From: Leptogorgia sarmentosa
Lineage: Eukaryota
Assembly: GCA_964658305.1 (NCBI GenBank)
Contig: OZ210885.1
Location: 10,354,001 to 10,418,000, forward strand
DNA: 64,000 nucleotides
Direction of reading: 5' to 3'
Position 1 is the first letter of the stretch. Each line of letters begins with the position of its first letter. Shown here piece by piece: positions 63,301 to 64,000 of the stretch. The notes beneath the pieces were generated by a model. It saw nothing but the letters and a program-made list of their open reading frames with translations, ran no database searches and was not told where the DNA came from. Position numbers and translations under genes: made by a program.

Positions 63301-64000
63301 AACAACACAATTGTTTAACTTTATTCAAACAAACAATCGCGAATTTTCAAGAAAAATCTATTGAAGTCAAAACAATTTTTTATTTTTGTAAAAGAGCCTT
63401 ATCAAAAAGCACACAAAATAAACCGCTAAAAAATGAAATACCATCCCCTGTTCTTTAGAGGGTTTATTAGAGGTTTTATCAAGGTCTTGCTCACATGTGA
63501 CGCGTTCGGGGCTTTGGACTTGGGCAGTCCTCAACTCTTCAGCCACGCGAGAAGGTCCAGGATTTATTGAGACAGCCGCAATAGTAGATTCTGTAGATAC
63601 CTACATGTGAACGCAGACAAACACTGCATAATTAGTGATTGATGTTACAGTGTTACCACAAATTTGTTCACAATGCTTTTTAACAGCCTTTTCTTATTAA
63701 TAATTACTAACCTTTTTATTCTTTTGTGCAAAAACAAATGGGTTTGCTGGCGCACCCACGGTCTCATACGCAATAAATTTCTTCTCATTTAGCATCCTTG
63801 CATGATGCTTTTTGTTATGTTGGATTCGATAGTCGTCATCAAACGTTTGCTGACACACCAGACATCGTAGTTTCGTTCGCTTTCGCTTGCGTTTCAGTTG
63901 AGCTTTTTCCATGGTTTGCGAGAAGAACGTCGAGCACTGAAATGCTTTTGATGACTATACTTGTGTTCATATGTGTATATATGTGACTATATTTGTTCAG
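60303..64000 (-). mobile_element. hAT DNA transposon (other end outside the window)
   Basis: TIR-like CAGGGGCGTAGCG at 60303 downstream of a hAT transposase gene. Confidence 0.8.
60621..63912 (-). pseudogene. ZMYM1-like hAT transposase (TTF zinc finger, DUF4371, C-terminal dimerisation domain), disrupted
   Basis: FNSAWFKEYPHLEYSISKDSAFCFVCCLF; QGIAFRGH; YSVMADKTPDVSH; SYD..ASMSGRFNGVQ; YIPCLAH; ERTFSKLKIVKN; predicted intron 63176-63711; stop at 61910 and frameshifts near 61660 and 60920. Confidence 0.92.

Overview
AT-rich animal genomic DNA; the repeat content resembles a cnidarian such as an octocoral, which is inference only. (1) 0.9-13 kb is a nest of non-autonomous DNA transposons up to four levels deep, including three copies of a 2.33-kb CACTG...CAGTG element. 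(2) 14.2-38.9 kb holds eight phase-compatible exons encoding the C-terminal ~780 aa of a multi-WD40 protein on the + strand; its 5' exons were not resolved. The introns carry Copia, Gypsy, DIRS/Ngaro, Penelope, Helentron-type and MITE remnants. (3) 42.5-45.7 kb is a minus-strand tRNA cluster (Ser x2, Cys, Trp, Glu, Gly, Leu plus pseudogenes). (4) 46-54 kb is TE-protein debris. (5) 54.8-60.2 kb is a Hook-family pseudogene with an internal exon-block duplication. (6) 60.3-64 kb is a decayed ZMYM1-like hAT transposon. The most striking signal is that at least four families with unrelated sequences share one asymmetric design: a long terminal hairpin whose tandem G.A/A.G mismatches and GNA triloop always fall on the same strand, plus an offset subterminal inverted repeat. 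This suggests mobilisation through a folded single-stranded DNA substrate.
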